Part shown: positions 38,605 through 51,822 of the stretch, piece by piece
Layout of the letters: every line of letters begins with the position of its first letter
Numbering within the stretch: the first letter of the stretch is position 1
Origin: Candidatus Oxydemutatoraceae bacterium
GTDB lineage: Bacteria > Pseudomonadota > Gammaproteobacteria > Poriferisulfidales > Oxydemutatoraceae
Assembly (NCBI GenBank): GCA_965218975.1
Contig: OZ244717.1
Location: 1,408,001-1,472,000 of the forward strand
Reading direction: 5' to 3'
Length of the DNA: 64,000 bases
Position numbers and translations under genes: made by a program
Notes under the pieces: model-generated
Database searches by the model: none
Told to the model about the DNA's origin: nothing
Seen by the model: the letters and a program-made list of their open reading frames with translations, nothing else

Positions 38605-41600
38605 GTGTCATTTACTCATTTACATGTCCATTCGGAATATTCTCTGGTTGACGGGCTTGCGCGAATTCCGGATTTAATTGATGACGCCGTTGAAAAAGGG
38701 TTTGAGTCGATTGCGCTGACCGACCTACACAATATTTTTGCAACCGTGAAATTTTACGACTATGCAGTGCAAAAGGGTATTAAGCCAATTATCGGTTGCG
38801 AGTTGAATCTTGAGATTTCAGGACAGAATAAGCGTGACTGCAGAATAGTTTTGCTATGTATGAATCAAACCGGCTATCGTAATTTACTGGATTTGTTAAC
38901 GCGTAGCTACCAAAAAATGGAAAGCCGTAAAGCAAAGATTTGCTACGAATGGTTGACGGAATATAACGAAGGTTTAATTGCTTTATCCGGTGGAAGTCAT
39001 GGCGATATCGGACAGGCATTACTGATGAATCGCCTTTCACAAGTACGTCAGTTGGCGCAATTTTGGCGTGAGCATTTTCCTGATCGTTATTATATCGAAA
39101 TTTTTCGCACAAATCGTGAAACGGATGATGCCTATGTGGAGCGGGCAATTGATTTTGCCGCGCGTGAAAAGCTTCCGCTAGTTGCGACCAATGACGTATG
39201 TTTTTTGAATGAAGCGCAATTTCATCCGCACGAAGTTAGAGTCTGTATTTCCGCAGGAAGTATTTTGAACGATGCCTCACGCGAGGCGCGTTATAGTGCC
39301 GTGCAGTACTTAAAAAGAGAAGAAGAAATGCGAGCATTGTTCCACGATGCGTTACCGGCGTTAGAAAATGCCGCCGAAATTGCCAAACGATGTACGGTTT
39401 TTATAAAAACCGGAAAAATATTTTTCCCTAAATTTCTGTTGACGCAAGGCCGAACTTCGGATGCCGAATTGAATCAGAAAGCGACTCTCGGACTAGAGAA
39501 AATTTTGGTGCAAATGCCGCCCAATATTGATCGGCAAACCTACCATAGCCGACTGAATATGGAACTGAAGGTTATTCATCAGGTTGGTTATGCCGATTAT
39601 TTTTTAATAGTCGCTGACATTGTTGCTTGGGCAAAACAAAATGGTATTGCAGTCGGGCCGGGGCGAGGGTCGGGTGCCGGTTCTTTAGTTGCTTATGCGC
39701 TCGGGATTACCGCGATTGATCCTTTGCGTTATGATTTATTGTTTGAAAGATTCCTAAACCCTGAGCGGGTCACTATGCCGGATTTTGATATTGACCTGTG
39801 TGTTGAAGGCCGTGACCGAGTCATTGAGTATGTGGCGGACCGCTATGGACGCGATAAAGTCAGTCAAATTATCACATTTGGCAGCATGACTGCCAAAGCA
39901 GTCATTCGCGATGTCGGGCGAGTTATGGGCAAACCGTATGGCTATGTCGATGAGTTAGCGAAGCTTATTCCTAACGACTTGAATATCACATTGGACGACG
40001 CATTAAAAAAGTCTCCGGACTTAAAAGAGCGATATGAAAATGATCCCGATGTTACGCAGATTATTGATACTTGTGAAGAATTGGAAGGTTTATCGCGCAA
40101 TCCCGGCACTCACGCAGGCGGAGTAGTGATCGCCCCGAAAGCATTAACCGAATATACCGCGCTTTATTGCGATACTGCAGCAACAAATGTCGTGACCCAT
40201 TTCGATATGCAGGATTTGGAAAAAATAGGATTAGTGAAATTTGATTTTTTGGGATTGAAAACATTGACGATTATCGACAAAACAATGCGCAGAATCAATC
40301 AACAAAACGCTATAAAAGGCACCGCCAAACTTACTTTACAAGATATTCCGCTTGATGATCCTTTGCCTTTTCAATTGCTATGCAACGCAAATACAACGGC
40401 TGTTTTTCAACTAGAGTCTGAGGGTATCCGCCAATTAATGAGCAGATTGCGCCCCGACAAATTTGAAGATATCGTCGCGTTGATTGCTCTCTACCGTCCC
40501 GGTCCTTTGCAATCTGGCATGGTGGATGACTACATCAAGCGCAAACACGGAGCGGTCGTGGAACATTTGCATCCTCAAGTGGTGTCGATTCTAAAACCAA
40601 CCTACGGTGTCATTGTGTACCAGGAGCAAGTGATGCAAATTGCTCGAGAGCTTGCCGGATACACGCTTGGTAGCGCTGATTTATTGCGGCGCGCGATGGG
40701 TAAAAAACTCCAAGTAGAGATGGCGAAACAACGGCAAGTTTTTGTTACCAATGCGTGCGACCGCGGCACCAAGCGCGATGTTGCCATCTATATTTTTGAT
40801 TTGATTGAAAAGTTTGCAGGCTATGGTTTTAATCGCTCGCATTCGGTTGCCTACGCTTTGTTAGCTTATCAGACGGCTTGGCTAAAGTCGCATTATCCGA
40901 CTGCTTTTATGAGTGCGGTATTGTCAAGCGAGATGAGCAATACCGATAAAATTGTTGATCTTATTTATGAAAGCCGTGCAATGGGTTTGAAAGTCTTACC
41001 TCCGGATGTCAATCAATCTGTTTGGGAGTTTCAGACGGAGAATACCGACAAGATTCGTTACGGGTTGGGTGCAGTGCGCAATTTGGGCGAGAAAATGATG
41101 CGTTTACTTGAGCAAGAACGTAAGATAGGCGAATTTACTTCGGCAAACGATTTTTGCAGACGCATGGTTCCTCACCAAATGAAGCAAAATGTGTTGGAAA
41201 TTTTAATAGGAGTGGGTGCATTAGATTGCTTTGGGAAACGAAACGAACTGCTGGAAAATGCCGCCCGGACTTATTCCATGGCAGAAAATTATTTTAAAGA
41301 TCAGCAAGTCGGACAAGGAAATTTATTTGAAATAGAGTCTAACGGTATAGCGAAATCTACGACGGTAACCATTACGCAAAGTAATTGTCGTCGCTATGAT
41401 GATCAGAAACTTCTTACACTTGAGTTTGAAAATCTTGGGACATATTTTTCCGAACATCCGTTGAATCGTCACCGTGATGAAATTGATCAAATTTTAAAGC
41501 TAAGTGATGTTGCAAATGATACCGAAGTGACGAATAGCTATCATGGCGGCCGTCGAAAGTCGGCTTATTTTACCGGAGTAATTGCTAAAATGGCGCAGCA

Positions 41601-42063
41601 AAGAAGCCGTCGCGGCAGAGGTTTGAGATTTCTGCTGGATGATAGTAAAAGCCGGCAAGAATTTCTATTGTATGATGAAAGTTATAAAAAATACAGTGAT
41701 AAACTTCAGAAAGGCCGAATTGTGGTGGTCAAAGCTAAAAGTTTTTATGATGCTGTTCGGGAAGTACAGCGTTGGAAGGTGCAGGTAGTTTATTCACTGG
41801 ATGAGTTGCGTGCGGTGTCGGCGCGTGTCGTTGTGTTAGATATGGATTTAGATTTGACACGGAAAGATTTTGTGAATCGGATGCGCGAGAAATTGGAACC
41901 TTTTGTGTCCGATCAAGGCTGCGTCGTTAAACTTTCCATTTGGAACATAGAAGCGAGTGCCATTTTAGTTCTTGACCAAACATGGAAAGTAAAGCCTTGT
42001 GAAAACCTGTTGAATGCCTTGCGTATGATTGAAGGTGTACGCAAAGTTCAGATTTTCTATTAA
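38605..42063 (+). CDS. dnaE: DNA polymerase III alpha subunit
   Basis: FTHLHVHSEYSL.DG, GPGRGSGAGS, PDFDID, HAGGVVI, YQEQVMQ, YGFNRSH, clamp motif QGNLF; GTG 38605 preferred. Confidence 0.98.
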   Translation: MSFTHLHVHSEYSLVDGLARIPDLIDDAVEKGFESIALTDLHNIFATVKFYDYAVQKGIKPIIGCELNLEISGQNKRDCRIVLLCMNQTGYRNLLDLLTRSYQKMESRKAKICYEWLTEYNEGLIALSGGSHGDIGQALLMNRLSQVRQLAQFWREHFPDRYYIEIFRTNRETDDAYVERAIDFAAREKLPLVATNDVCFLNEAQFHPHEVRVCISAGSILNDASREARYSAVQYLKREEEMRALFHDALPALENAAEIAKRCTVFIKTGKIFFPKFLLTQGRTSDAELNQKATLGLEKILVQMPPNIDRQTYHSRLNMELKVIHQVGYADYFLIVADIVAWAKQNGIAVGPGRGSGAGSLVAYALGITAIDPLRYDLLFERFLNPERVTMPDFDIDLCVEGRDRVIEYVADRYGRDKVSQIITFGSMTAKAVIRDVGRVMGKPYGYVDELAKLIPNDLNITLDDALKKSPDLKERYENDPDVTQIIDTCEELEGLSRNPGTHAGGVVIAPKALTEYTALYCDTAATNVVTHFDMQDLEKIGLVKFDFLGLKTLTIIDKTMRRINQQNAIKGTAKLTLQDIPLDDPLPFQLLCNANTTAVFQLESEGIRQLMSRLRPDKFEDIVALIALYRPGPLQSGMVDDYIKRKHGAVVEHLHPQVVSILKPTYGVIVYQEQVMQIARELAGYTLGSADLLRRAMGKKLQVEMAKQRQVFVTNACDRGTKRDVAIYIFDLIEKFAGYGFNRSHSVAYALLAYQTAWLKSHYPTAFMSAVLSSEMSNTDKIVDLIYESRAMGLKVLPPDVNQSVWEFQTENTDKIRYGLGAVRNLGEKMMRLLEQERKIGEFTSANDFCRRMVPHQMKQNVLEILIGVGALDCFGKRNELLENAARTYSMAENYFKDQQVGQGNLFEIESNGIAKSTTVTITQSNCRRYDDQKLLTLEFENLGTYFSEHPLNRHRDEIDQILKLSDVANDTEVTNSYHGGRRKSAYFTGVIAKMAQQRSRRGRGLRFLLDDSKSRQEFLLYDESYKKYSDKLQKGRIVVVKAKSFYDAVREVQRWKVQVVYSLDELRAVSARVVVLDMDLDLTRKDFVNRMREKLEPFVSDQGCVVKLSIWNIEASAILVLDQTWKVKPCENLLNALRMIEGVRKVQIFY

Positions 42064-42131
42064 ACTTGTGCTTTATTAATGCATTGAGTAATACATATCT
42101 TTGCAACTTTACCGGATAAGAATATTTATAT

Positions 42132-43121
42132 ATGCCAGATATTACGAATTCTCTAGATTATCTTAGTTTTGAACAGCCGATATTCGAGCTTGAATCTAAG
42201 ATCAGAGAGTTGAAACGCTTGTCGCAAGAAGGACCGGAATATACTGCCTTGTCCGATGAAATTGAACGATTAAGCAGCAAGCGTGAAAAACTAAAAAAAT
42301 CAATCTATTCGTCATTGACCTCCTGGCAGATTTCACAGATGTCTCGTCATCCTCAACGCCCTTATATGCTGGATTACGTTCAACAATTGTTTGACGGTTT
42401 TGAAGAATTGCATGGCGATCGCGGCTATGCCGATGATCGCGCTATTATTGCCGGTATCGCAAAATTCAACCACTATCGAGTGGCATTGGTTGGGCATCAA
42501 AAAGGACGTAGCACCGCAGAGAAAGTGGAGCATAATTTCGGCATGGCGCGACCGGAAGGTTATCGCAAAGCAAAGCGCTTGTTTAAATTAGCAGAGAAAT
42601 TTCAATTGCCGGTATTGACTTTTATTGATACCCCCGGCGCTTATCCCGGGGTGGATGCCGAGGAACGCAATCAAAGCAATGCTATTGCAGAGAATTTGCG
42701 GACGTTGGCGGGGTTGAAAACGCCGATTATCAGCACTGTAACTGGCGAAGGCGGTTCCGGCGGCGCGTTGGCGATTGCCGTTTGTGATCGTTTGCTGATG
42801 CTACAGTACAGTACTTATTCTGTGATTTCTCCCGAAGGCTGCGCCTCGATTTTGTGGAAAGATGCAACAAAGATGTCTACGGCGGCAGAAGCGATGTGCA
42901 CCACTTCCGAACAATTGTCAAAACTAGGCCTGATTGATCGTGTGATTGAAGAACCGCTTGGTGGCGCGCATAATGATTTTCCCGCATTATGTGAGGCATT
43001 AAAGCGAATCATTGGTGATGAATTGCAGGTGTTATCACAATTAAAACCGGAAGAATTGCTGCAACAAAGGCACGACAGACTAGTCAACTTTGGCGCGACT
43101 GATTTTTGGAGTGACGGTTGA
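42132..43121 (+). CDS. accA: Acetyl-CoA carboxylase carboxyltransferase alpha
   Basis: [46 protein letters not shown]. Confidence 0.98.
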   Translation: MPDITNSLDYLSFEQPIFELESKIRELKRLSQEGPEYTALSDEIERLSSKREKLKKSIYSSLTSWQISQMSRHPQRPYMLDYVQQLFDGFEELHGDRGYADDRAIIAGIAKFNHYRVALVGHQKGRSTAEKVEHNFGMARPEGYRKAKRLFKLAEKFQLPVLTFIDTPGAYPGVDAEERNQSNAIAENLRTLAGLKTPIISTVTGEGGSGGALAIAVCDRLLMLQYSTYSVISPEGCASILWKDATKMSTAAEAMCTTSEQLSKLGLIDRVIEEPLGGAHNDFPALCEALKRIIGDELQVLSQLKPEELLQQRHDRLVNFGATDFWSDG

Positions 43122-43156
43122 TTGTACGAATGCATAAATTTTGGACGGCTGGTTAA

Positions 43157-44458
43157 ATGAATGATTGTGCTCGAGAGATTAGCGCTGTATTACGCCATTT
43201 ACTTGACAAACTGGCCGACTCAAACAAGCCCCTGCGTATAATGATTGCATATAGCGGCGGATTGGATTCAACTGTGCTATTGCATACAGTTGTCCGAATA
43301 TTTCGTGAATCGGCAAGCTATTCGGAGATTCGTTCCATCGCAGCGCATATTAACCATGGTTTGCATGCTGCATCCGACCGGTGGGAACAGCATTGCCGCC
43401 GGGAGTGTCATTCACTTGATATTCAATTTTTAAGTGCGCGTATTCGGTCGGTTCGGCAACCCGGTCAAAGTTTGGAGGAGAGTGCGCGCATTTTTCGCTA
43501 CCGTACGCTACGGCAATGGCTTAAAGTAGGCGATGTAATGTTAACTGCACACCATCAGAATGATCAAGCAGAAACAGTATTGTTGCAAATGTTACGTGGC
43601 GCAGGCGTACAAGGTTTAGCGGCAATGCCGCAAGCAAAGTGCGACGAGGGTATTTATTTATTGCGTCCGATGCTAAGTTTGACCCGAGCGGAAATTTTGC
43701 ATTATGCGAATGCTCATCAACTGGCGTGGGTTGAAGACGTGACTAATAACGACCTTCGCTACGATCGCAATTACGTACGACACCGTGTCGTACCGGTGCT
43801 GAACGACCGCTGGCAAGGATGGTGTCGAACATTAAGCCGTACTGCCCGGCATCAAAGCGAAACAATTGGTTTATTAGATCGATACGCAAATCAATTAGCA
43901 GACCGATGTATCAATCGCGCGAATGTAATGAGCATTCAAGCAGCGCTACCGCTCACATTTACTGAGAAGAAATTGCTATTGCGATATTGGTTAAAACGGC
44001 AGAACTTGCCCTTACCAAGTGAAAAGCAGTTGCGCCACCTGTTAGAAATGTTTCTGACGCGATTATCTCAAGCAGGCGGTATAGTCAGTTGGAACGGGGT
44101 AGAAGTACGGCGTTATCGCGGCCACTTATTCGCGATGGCGCCATTACAGACAGTTTGCGGTATGCGATATAATACTTCGGAGTGGATTTGGTGGGCAAAT
44201 ACCGACTTGAGTTTGGCGGAAATTGATCTTCAATTATGTTGGCAAGTATTAGCAAAGCGTGCACCGGAGCTTGCCGATCAAAATTGCCTAACAGTGCGTT
44301 TTCGTCGCGGTGGCGAAAAATTTCGAAGGCAAAGTCGACGAGGTGTATATCATCAATCTCTGAAAAAATGGTTTCAGTCTGCCGGGATTCCGCCATGGAA
44401 GCGTGACTGTGCGCCGTTAATATATAGCGACGGCGAACTACGCTTGGTGTGGGTCTAA
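43157..44458 (+). CDS. tilS: tRNA(Ile)-lysidine synthase
   Basis: AYSGGLDS, HINHGL, TAHHQNDQAET, RPML, RNYVR, LKKWFQ..IPPWKR. Confidence 0.97.
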   Translation: MNDCAREISAVLRHLLDKLADSNKPLRIMIAYSGGLDSTVLLHTVVRIFRESASYSEIRSIAAHINHGLHAASDRWEQHCRRECHSLDIQFLSARIRSVRQPGQSLEESARIFRYRTLRQWLKVGDVMLTAHHQNDQAETVLLQMLRGAGVQGLAAMPQAKCDEGIYLLRPMLSLTRAEILHYANAHQLAWVEDVTNNDLRYDRNYVRHRVVPVLNDRWQGWCRTLSRTARHQSETIGLLDRYANQLADRCINRANVMSIQAALPLTFTEKKLLLRYWLKRQNLPLPSEKQLRHLLEMFLTRLSQAGGIVSWNGVEVRRYRGHLFAMAPLQTVCGMRYNTSEWIWWANTDLSLAEIDLQLCWQVLAKRAPELADQNCLTVRFRRGGEKFRRQSRRGVYHQSLKKWFQSAGIPPWKRDCAPLIYSDGELRLVWV

Positions 44459-44523
44459 AGCAAAATAATTTTATACACTAGGCAGTTGTACATTTATTTG
44501 CAGGTCTGGTCTTTTTTTGATAA

Positions 44524-46218
<1,695 letters not shown>

Positions 46219-46228
46219 TGGGAGCAAA

Positions 46229-47065
46229 GTGATCACGGTTCGCAATATTCCGGTGGGTTTTGAGCATCCGTTTGTATTGATTGCCGGGCCTTGTGTAATC
46301 GAAAATGAAACGCTTGCTTTGCGCAGTGCCGAAACTCTGAAAAAAATCACTGAAACGTTGCGGATACCTTTGATCTATAAATCATCTTTTGACAAAGCGA
46401 ATCGTTCATCGCATCAGAGCTTTCGCGGTGTTGGGATTACTAAAGGATTGGAGATTCTCGTTAAAGTGCGGAAAGAATTTGACTTAGCAGTTCTGACTGA
46501 CGTGCATGAAGATACTCCCTTGGATGAAGTTTCCGAAGTGGTTGATGTGATGCAAACTCCTGCATTTTTATGTCGGCAAACGAATTTTATCCAAAACGTT
46601 GCACGCTATAAGAAGCCGATTAACGTTAAAAAAGGCCAATTTCTTTCACCTATGGAAATGAATAATGTCGTGGAAAAGGCACGTGCAGTCGGCAATCAAA
46701 CTATTATGGTTTGTGAGAGAGGTTTTGTTTTCGGATACAATAATTTGGTCTCGGATATGCGATCGCTGGTCGTGATGCGTAATACCCAATGTCCGGTGGT
46801 GTTTGACGCAACTCATTCGGTACAGCTGCCGGGTAGCGGAGGGATGGTCTCTGCCGGGCAACGTGAGTTTGTACCGGTATTGGCGCGCGCTGCGATCGCA
46901 TCAGGTATCGCTGGTTTATTCGCAGAAATGCATCCCGACCCCGATCACGCACTAAGTGACGGGGCTAATGCCTGGCCATTAGATCAGGCGGAATTTTTAC
47001 TCGCCGGTTTGAAACAAATTGATCAGGTTGTGAAAGCGGGAATGCTTCGTGTGGACCCTGATTGA
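46229..47065 (+). CDS. kdsA: KDO 8-phosphate synthase
   Basis: IAGPCVIE (metal-dependent Cys), [34 protein letters not shown]. Confidence 0.98.
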   Translation: MITVRNIPVGFEHPFVLIAGPCVIENETLALRSAETLKKITETLRIPLIYKSSFDKANRSSHQSFRGVGITKGLEILVKVRKEFDLAVLTDVHEDTPLDEVSEVVDVMQTPAFLCRQTNFIQNVARYKKPINVKKGQFLSPMEMNNVVEKARAVGNQTIMVCERGFVFGYNNLVSDMRSLVVMRNTQCPVVFDATHSVQLPGSGGMVSAGQREFVPVLARAAIASGIAGLFAEMHPDPDHALSDGANAWPLDQAEFLLAGLKQIDQVVKAGMLRVDPD

Positions 47066-47086
47066 ACCTAAGGATAATGACATTAA

Positions 47087-48382
47087 ATGGGCAAAATTAC
47101 CCAAGTCAAAGGACGTGAAATTATTGATTCGCGCGGCAATCCGACTGTCGAAGCCGATGTTTATGTGGAAAGAAATTATTTCGGACGTGCGGCGGTTCCT
47201 TCAGGTGCGTCAACAGGTTCACTCGAGGCGGTTGAATTGCGTGATGGTGATGCGACACGATTTGATCGAAAAGGTGTGCGGCAGGCGGTGGAAGGAATCA
47301 ACACTGAGATTTGTAACCGGCTCGTTGGCTGTGAAGCGATTGAGCAAAGTGTAATTGATGGATATTTGATTGAGTTAGATGGTACTCCGAATAAAGCGCG
47401 TCTAGGTGCGAATGCGTTACTTGCCGTTTCATTAGCAACGGCAAAAGCGGCAGCGCATTCACGGAATCAGCCCTTATATGATTATCTGAATCAAGGTATG
47501 AGTATGGGTAGTATGTGTTTGCCGACGCCGATGATTAACGTATTAAATGGCGGCGCACATGCGAGCAATAGCACTGATTTCCAAGAGTTTATGGTAGTGC
47601 CGCTTGGCATGTCTGATATTTGTGAAGCGATTCGTGCCGGTTCTGAAATTTTTCAGTCCTTAAAAGTGGTTCTCAAAAAAAGCGGGTACGTTACAACTGT
47701 CGGAGACGAAGGCGGGTTCGCTCCGAACTTGAAATCGAACGAAGCGGCAGTCGAACTACTATTAGAAGCAATTAACCACACAGACTATGTAGTGGGGAAA
47801 GATGTTTATTTAGCGTTGGATATTGCGGCTACTGAACTGTACCATAAACGATACTATTATTTGAAATCTGAAAAACGCAAGTTAGAAATGGTTGAGCTAA
47901 TTGAGTTGTATCAAAAATGGATTGACCGATATCCGATCATCTCGATTGAAGACGGACTTGCAGAAGACGATTGGGATGGGTGGCAAGAAATGACTCGGCG
48001 GATTGGCGATCAAGTACAACTAGTCGGTGATGATTTATTTGTAACAAACGTCGTGCAAGTTGAAAAAGGCATTCGGTTGGGTGTGGCAAACTCCGTGTTG
48101 ATAAAAGTAAATCAAATTGGAACATTGACCGAAACTTTGAATGCGATTCGCAAAGCGCAATCTGCCGGTTACTCATGTATTATTTCGCACCGGTCGGGAG
48201 AAACCGAAGATACCACTATTGCCGATCTTGCTGTCGCTACCGGCGTCGGACAGATTAAGACCGGCTCTTTATCACGTAGCGATCGCGTGGCTAAGTATAA
48301 TCAACTGATTCGTATACATGAAGAATTGGGCATAGAAAGCCGCTATGCAGGTAGCAGCATGTTCAAATCTTTAGCGTTTTAA
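47087..48382 (+). CDS. eno: Enolase
   Basis: [43 protein letters not shown]. Confidence 0.99.
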   Translation: MGKITQVKGREIIDSRGNPTVEADVYVERNYFGRAAVPSGASTGSLEAVELRDGDATRFDRKGVRQAVEGINTEICNRLVGCEAIEQSVIDGYLIELDGTPNKARLGANALLAVSLATAKAAAHSRNQPLYDYLNQGMSMGSMCLPTPMINVLNGGAHASNSTDFQEFMVVPLGMSDICEAIRAGSEIFQSLKVVLKKSGYVTTVGDEGGFAPNLKSNEAAVELLLEAINHTDYVVGKDVYLALDIAATELYHKRYYYLKSEKRKLEMVELIELYQKWIDRYPIISIEDGLAEDDWDGWQEMTRRIGDQVQLVGDDLFVTNVVQVEKGIRLGVANSVLIKVNQIGTLTETLNAIRKAQSAGYSCIISHRSGETEDTTIADLAVATGVGQIKTGSLSRSDRVAKYNQLIRIHEELGIESRYAGSSMFKSLAF

Positions 48383-48386
48383 TTCG

Positions 48387-48677
48387 ATGCGTTATCGTCT
48401 TGCTATTTTCTTATTGATTGCTTTATTAATTCCATTGCAATTTTCTTTATGGGGCAAAGATGGATGGTTTCGTCTGAAAAATTTAACGCAATTCATTGCT
48501 GAACAGCGTAGAGAAAACGAACAAATGAAACAGCGTAATAGGCTATTGATGAACGAGGCTGACGATTTGAAATCCGGTAGCGCAGCGATGGAAGAGTTGG
48601 CGCGTGAAAAGTTGGAAATGATTAAGCGTGATGAAGTTTTATTCCGTCTTATTCGTCATTCGCGGGATAGTGAATAA
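48387..48677 (+). CDS. ftsB: Cell division protein FtsB
   Basis: TM segment, LQFSLWGKDG, coiled coil, EELAREKLEMIK.DE; eno-ftsB-ispD synteny. Confidence 0.93.
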   Translation: MRYRLAIFLLIALLIPLQFSLWGKDGWFRLKNLTQFIAEQRRENEQMKQRNRLLMNEADDLKSGSAAMEELAREKLEMIKRDEVLFRLIRHSRDSE

Positions 48678-48694
48678 ACATATTGGCCGAAGCA

Positions 48695-49408
48695 ATGAAA
48701 TATTGGGGAATTTTACCGGCAGCAGGCAGCGGTAGTCGGTTGACAAAAAATTGGCCGAAACAATATTGCAAAATTAACGGGCGATATATAATTGATTATA
48801 GTTTGACCGCATTACTTTCACATCCGCTGATAAAAACTATTGTTGTTAGTCTGAAAAAAAATGATCCGTACTGGCATCAGTCCGAATACGCACAAGACTC
48901 GCGGATATGGGTTTGTCAAGGTGGAGTGCGTCGTGAACATTCGGTTTGGTCTGCAATGCGGTTCTTGCAAGCGCACTGTGGCTCGGATGATTGGGTGTTG
49001 ATACACGATGCGGCGCGCCCTTGCTTGAGTGCAGAAGACTTAACTTTGTTGATTATATCGTTGCAGGACGATTCGGTCGGCGGAATTCTAGCACAGACTA
49101 ACACTGATGCAATTAAACGAGCGGCGACGGATGGTACTATCGAACAGTCTTTAAACCGTTGCGTACTTTATCAAGCCCAGACTCCGCAGATGTTTCGCTA
49201 CCAATTACTTTTCAGCGCGTTAGAAAATATTATAAAAAAAGATATTTCGATTGATGATGAGGCGGTGGCAATGGAGTTGGTACAACATCGTGTGCATTTG
49301 GTCAAAGGAAGAGGATTTAATGTTAAGGTAACCTACCCATCGGATCTTATCTCTGCTAAAGCGTGGCTTGACCATGCTGCACGACTTGCTACAAAGGTAG
49401 GATCATGA
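48695..49408 (+). CDS. ispD: 2-C-methyl-D-erythritol 4-phosphate cytidylyltransferase
   Basis: PAAGSGSR..PKQY, IHDAARP, AQTPQMF, KVTYPSDL; start ATG 48695 or TTG 48683. Confidence 0.96.
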   Translation: MKYWGILPAAGSGSRLTKNWPKQYCKINGRYIIDYSLTALLSHPLIKTIVVSLKKNDPYWHQSEYAQDSRIWVCQGGVRREHSVWSAMRFLQAHCGSDDWVLIHDAARPCLSAEDLTLLIISLQDDSVGGILAQTNTDAIKRAATDGTIEQSLNRCVLYQAQTPQMFRYQLLFSALENIIKKDISIDDEAVAMELVQHRVHLVKGRGFNVKVTYPSDLISAKAWLDHAARLATKVGS

Positions 49409-49896
49409 TGCGAGTGGGCACCGGATTTGATGCTCATGCGTTTATTAAAGGCGGTAAGAACATTATTCTCGGCGGAGCTGCAATCCCGCATACGGCGGCA
49501 ATTGATGCACATTCTGACGGCGATGTTTTGTTGCATGCGTTATGCGATGCTCTGCTAGGCGCCGCCGCTTGTGGTGATATTGGGCAATGGTTTCCGGAGA
49601 CGGTGGAATATCAAGATATTGATAGCTCCGTTTTTGTACAAAAGACCATGCAAATTATTACGGGGAAGTTTTGGGTGCCGATCAATGTTGATTCGGTGAT
49701 TATCGCCCAGGCACCTAAATTGCAACCGTTTATCGGCAAAATGCGCAAACAAGTCGGAATGCTGCTCAATCTTGATTTGAATTGCGTTAGTATCAAGGCG
49801 AGCACTACGGATCATTTAGGGTTCATCGGACGCAATGAAGGAATCGCAGCCATTGCATCTGTTTTATTGCAACAAAAAAATAACCATACTTACTGA
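49405..49896 (+). CDS. ispF: MECDP synthase
   Basis: GFDAH, AHSDGDVLLHA..DALLGA...GDIG..FP, IKASTT. Confidence 0.97.
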   Translation: MMRVGTGFDAHAFIKGGKNIILGGAAIPHTAAIDAHSDGDVLLHALCDALLGAAACGDIGQWFPETVEYQDIDSSVFVQKTMQIITGKFWVPINVDSVIIAQAPKLQPFIGKMRKQVGMLLNLDLNCVSIKASTTDHLGFIGRNEGIAAIASVLLQQKNNHTY

Positions 49897-49899
49897 CGA

Positions 49900-51822
49900 A
49901 TGGAGACATGTAACGCGGAAACTTTTGTCGAACATTGTGAGGCTGTCTTATCAGCCGGCGGTCCTGTGGCGAAATGTATTGATAATTTTCGCAGCCGTAA
50001 ACAACAGATCAAAATGACCCGATACGTTTCGGAGTCTATTGCACATAAAAAAACATTAGTAGTTGAAGCCGGAACAGGAGTCGGTAAAACATTTGCTTAC
50101 TTGGTGCCGGCGCTGTTATCGGGTAAGAAGATTGTTATTTCGACCGGCACACGCTATTTACAGGATCAGATTTATCACAAAGATTTGCCAGCGGTGCTGC
50201 AAGCTTTGCAATTACATCATACTGCCGCATTATTAAAAGGTAGGGCAAACTATCTTTGCCTTGAAAGGCTGGATTGGCAATGGCGCAACCCCGATCTTGA
50301 AAAAAAATATCGCGATCAAGTTACCCGCATATATGATTGGTCACAAGTAACAAAAGACGGTGATATTAACGGGTTTCAATCGCTTGCTGAAAGTGACCCG
50401 ATCTGGCAGTCGTTTACTTCAACTGTAGAAAACTGTCTTGGCAGTAAATGCCCACATTACGATGGCTGTTTTGTTGCAAAAGCGCGTAAACGAGCGCTCA
50501 AAGCAGACATTGTGATTGTGAATCATTATTTGCTGCTTGCCGATATGACACTGAAAGACACTGGATTCGGTCAGTTGCTTCCGTCAATTGACACAGTGAT
50601 TGTCGATGAAGCGCATCAATTGGATGAGGTTGCCGATTATTTTTTCTGCGAGAGTATCGGCAGCCGGCAGATTGAAAGTTTGCTGATCGATCTTGAACAC
50701 ATCAAAGAATATCGTCAAGCACCGGCGCTGAAACGATCTACTGAAACACTGCGTATGACGGCGCAAAAATTATTGTCGGCGATGGCGGACTCCCCGTCAC
50801 GTGCAAATGTTCAAACATTAGAGGCTTCCAATGCAATTACAAGTACAAAAAATGCGCTTTATGATGCATTAAAAGAACTAGTCGAACAACTGAAAGTACA
50901 CAACGAGAGGAGTGAGGTTTTAAATAATTGCGATATGCGAGCGCTCAAACTGATGGATAATTTAAAAGAAGTTTTTACTAACAATAATGACACGATTAGT
51001 TGGTATCAGCGTGAGAAACAATCATTTCGCTTCTATATCAGTCGAGTGGATATTTCACCGCTGCTGAAAGAAAAATATGCGCTCTATGATGCAAACTGGA
51101 TCTATACGTCGGCAACTTTAGCTGTGAACGGCAGTTTTAATTGTATCTGTAGAAAACTCGGTGTAAGTGAGAATGAAGATTGCATACAGTTGGATAACCC
51201 GTTTGATTTTTCCAAGCAAGCTGCGCTTTATTTGCCGCAAGATTTACCGGACCCGAATGATCCTGATCATACTGAACGTTTTATCGAAGCAAGTTATGAT
51301 TTGTTGGATATGGCAAACGGGCACGCTTTGTACTTGTTTACTAGCCATCGCGCTTTGCGCAGCGCCGCAAAAAAGTTACGAGCAGAGAAGGATTTTATAT
51401 TGTTTATTCAAGGAGATATGCCGAAATTAAAGTTAGTTGAATCCTTTTGCACACAGCCAGGAAGTTTATTGCTCGGTACTGCAAGTTTCTGGGAAGGAAT
51501 GGATGTGCGTGGCGCCGGATTGCATTGTGTAATGATTGATCGCTTGCCATTCGGGAAGCCTGATGACCCTTTGATGCAAGGGCGTCACCGGGTTGTACAA
51601 GAACGAGGCGGTAATTTTTTTACCGAGACAATACTACCGACAGCAGTGGTTTCTTTACGCCAAGGGGTCGGTAGGTTGATTCGAGATGAATCCGATAAAG
51701 GAGTCGTCATGCTTGGCGATATTCGGCTACGAACAAAAAGTTACGGCAAAGTATTTTTACGCAGCTTACCGCCGATGAAGTGTTACACCGATATTGTCTC
51801 ATTACGGCCTTATTTGCAATGA
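49900..51822 (+). CDS. yoaA: DinG-family Fe-S ATP-dependent DNA helicase (YoaA-like)
   Basis: EAGTGVGKT, KGRANYLC, C..SKC..YDGC Fe-S cysteines, DEAH, SFWEG.DV, QGVGRLIR; directly upstream of tsaB. Confidence 0.88.
   Translation: METCNAETFVEHCEAVLSAGGPVAKCIDNFRSRKQQIKMTRYVSESIAHKKTLVVEAGTGVGKTFAYLVPALLSGKKIVISTGTRYLQDQIYHKDLPAVLQALQLHHTAALLKGRANYLCLERLDWQWRNPDLEKKYRDQVTRIYDWSQVTKDGDINGFQSLAESDPIWQSFTSTVENCLGSKCPHYDGCFVAKARKRALKADIVIVNHYLLLADMTLKDTGFGQLLPSIDTVIVDEAHQLDEVADYFFCESIGSRQIESLLIDLEHIKEYRQAPALKRSTETLRMTAQKLLSAMADSPSRANVQTLEASNAITSTKNALYDALKELVEQLKVHNERSEVLNNCDMRALKLMDNLKEVFTNNNDTISWYQREKQSFRFYISRVDISPLLKEKYALYDANWIYTSATLAVNGSFNCICRKLGVSENEDCIQLDNPFDFSKQAALYLPQDLPDPNDPDHTERFIEASYDLLDMANGHALYLFTSHRALRSAAKKLRAEKDFILFIQGDMPKLKLVESFCTQPGSLLLGTASFWEGMDVRGAGLHCVMIDRLPFGKPDDPLMQGRHRVVQERGGNFFTETILPTAVVSLRQGVGRLIRDESDKGVVMLGDIRLRTKSYGKVFLRSLPPMKCYTDIVSLRPYLQ

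Noticed and set aside
38605-42063. Intein or split in dnaE
   Set aside because: Length and motif spacing are normal and the reading frame is continuous
49900-51822. Type IV CRISPR DinG (Csf4)
   Set aside because: No cas genes or array; yoaA-tsaB synteny indicates the housekeeping helicase
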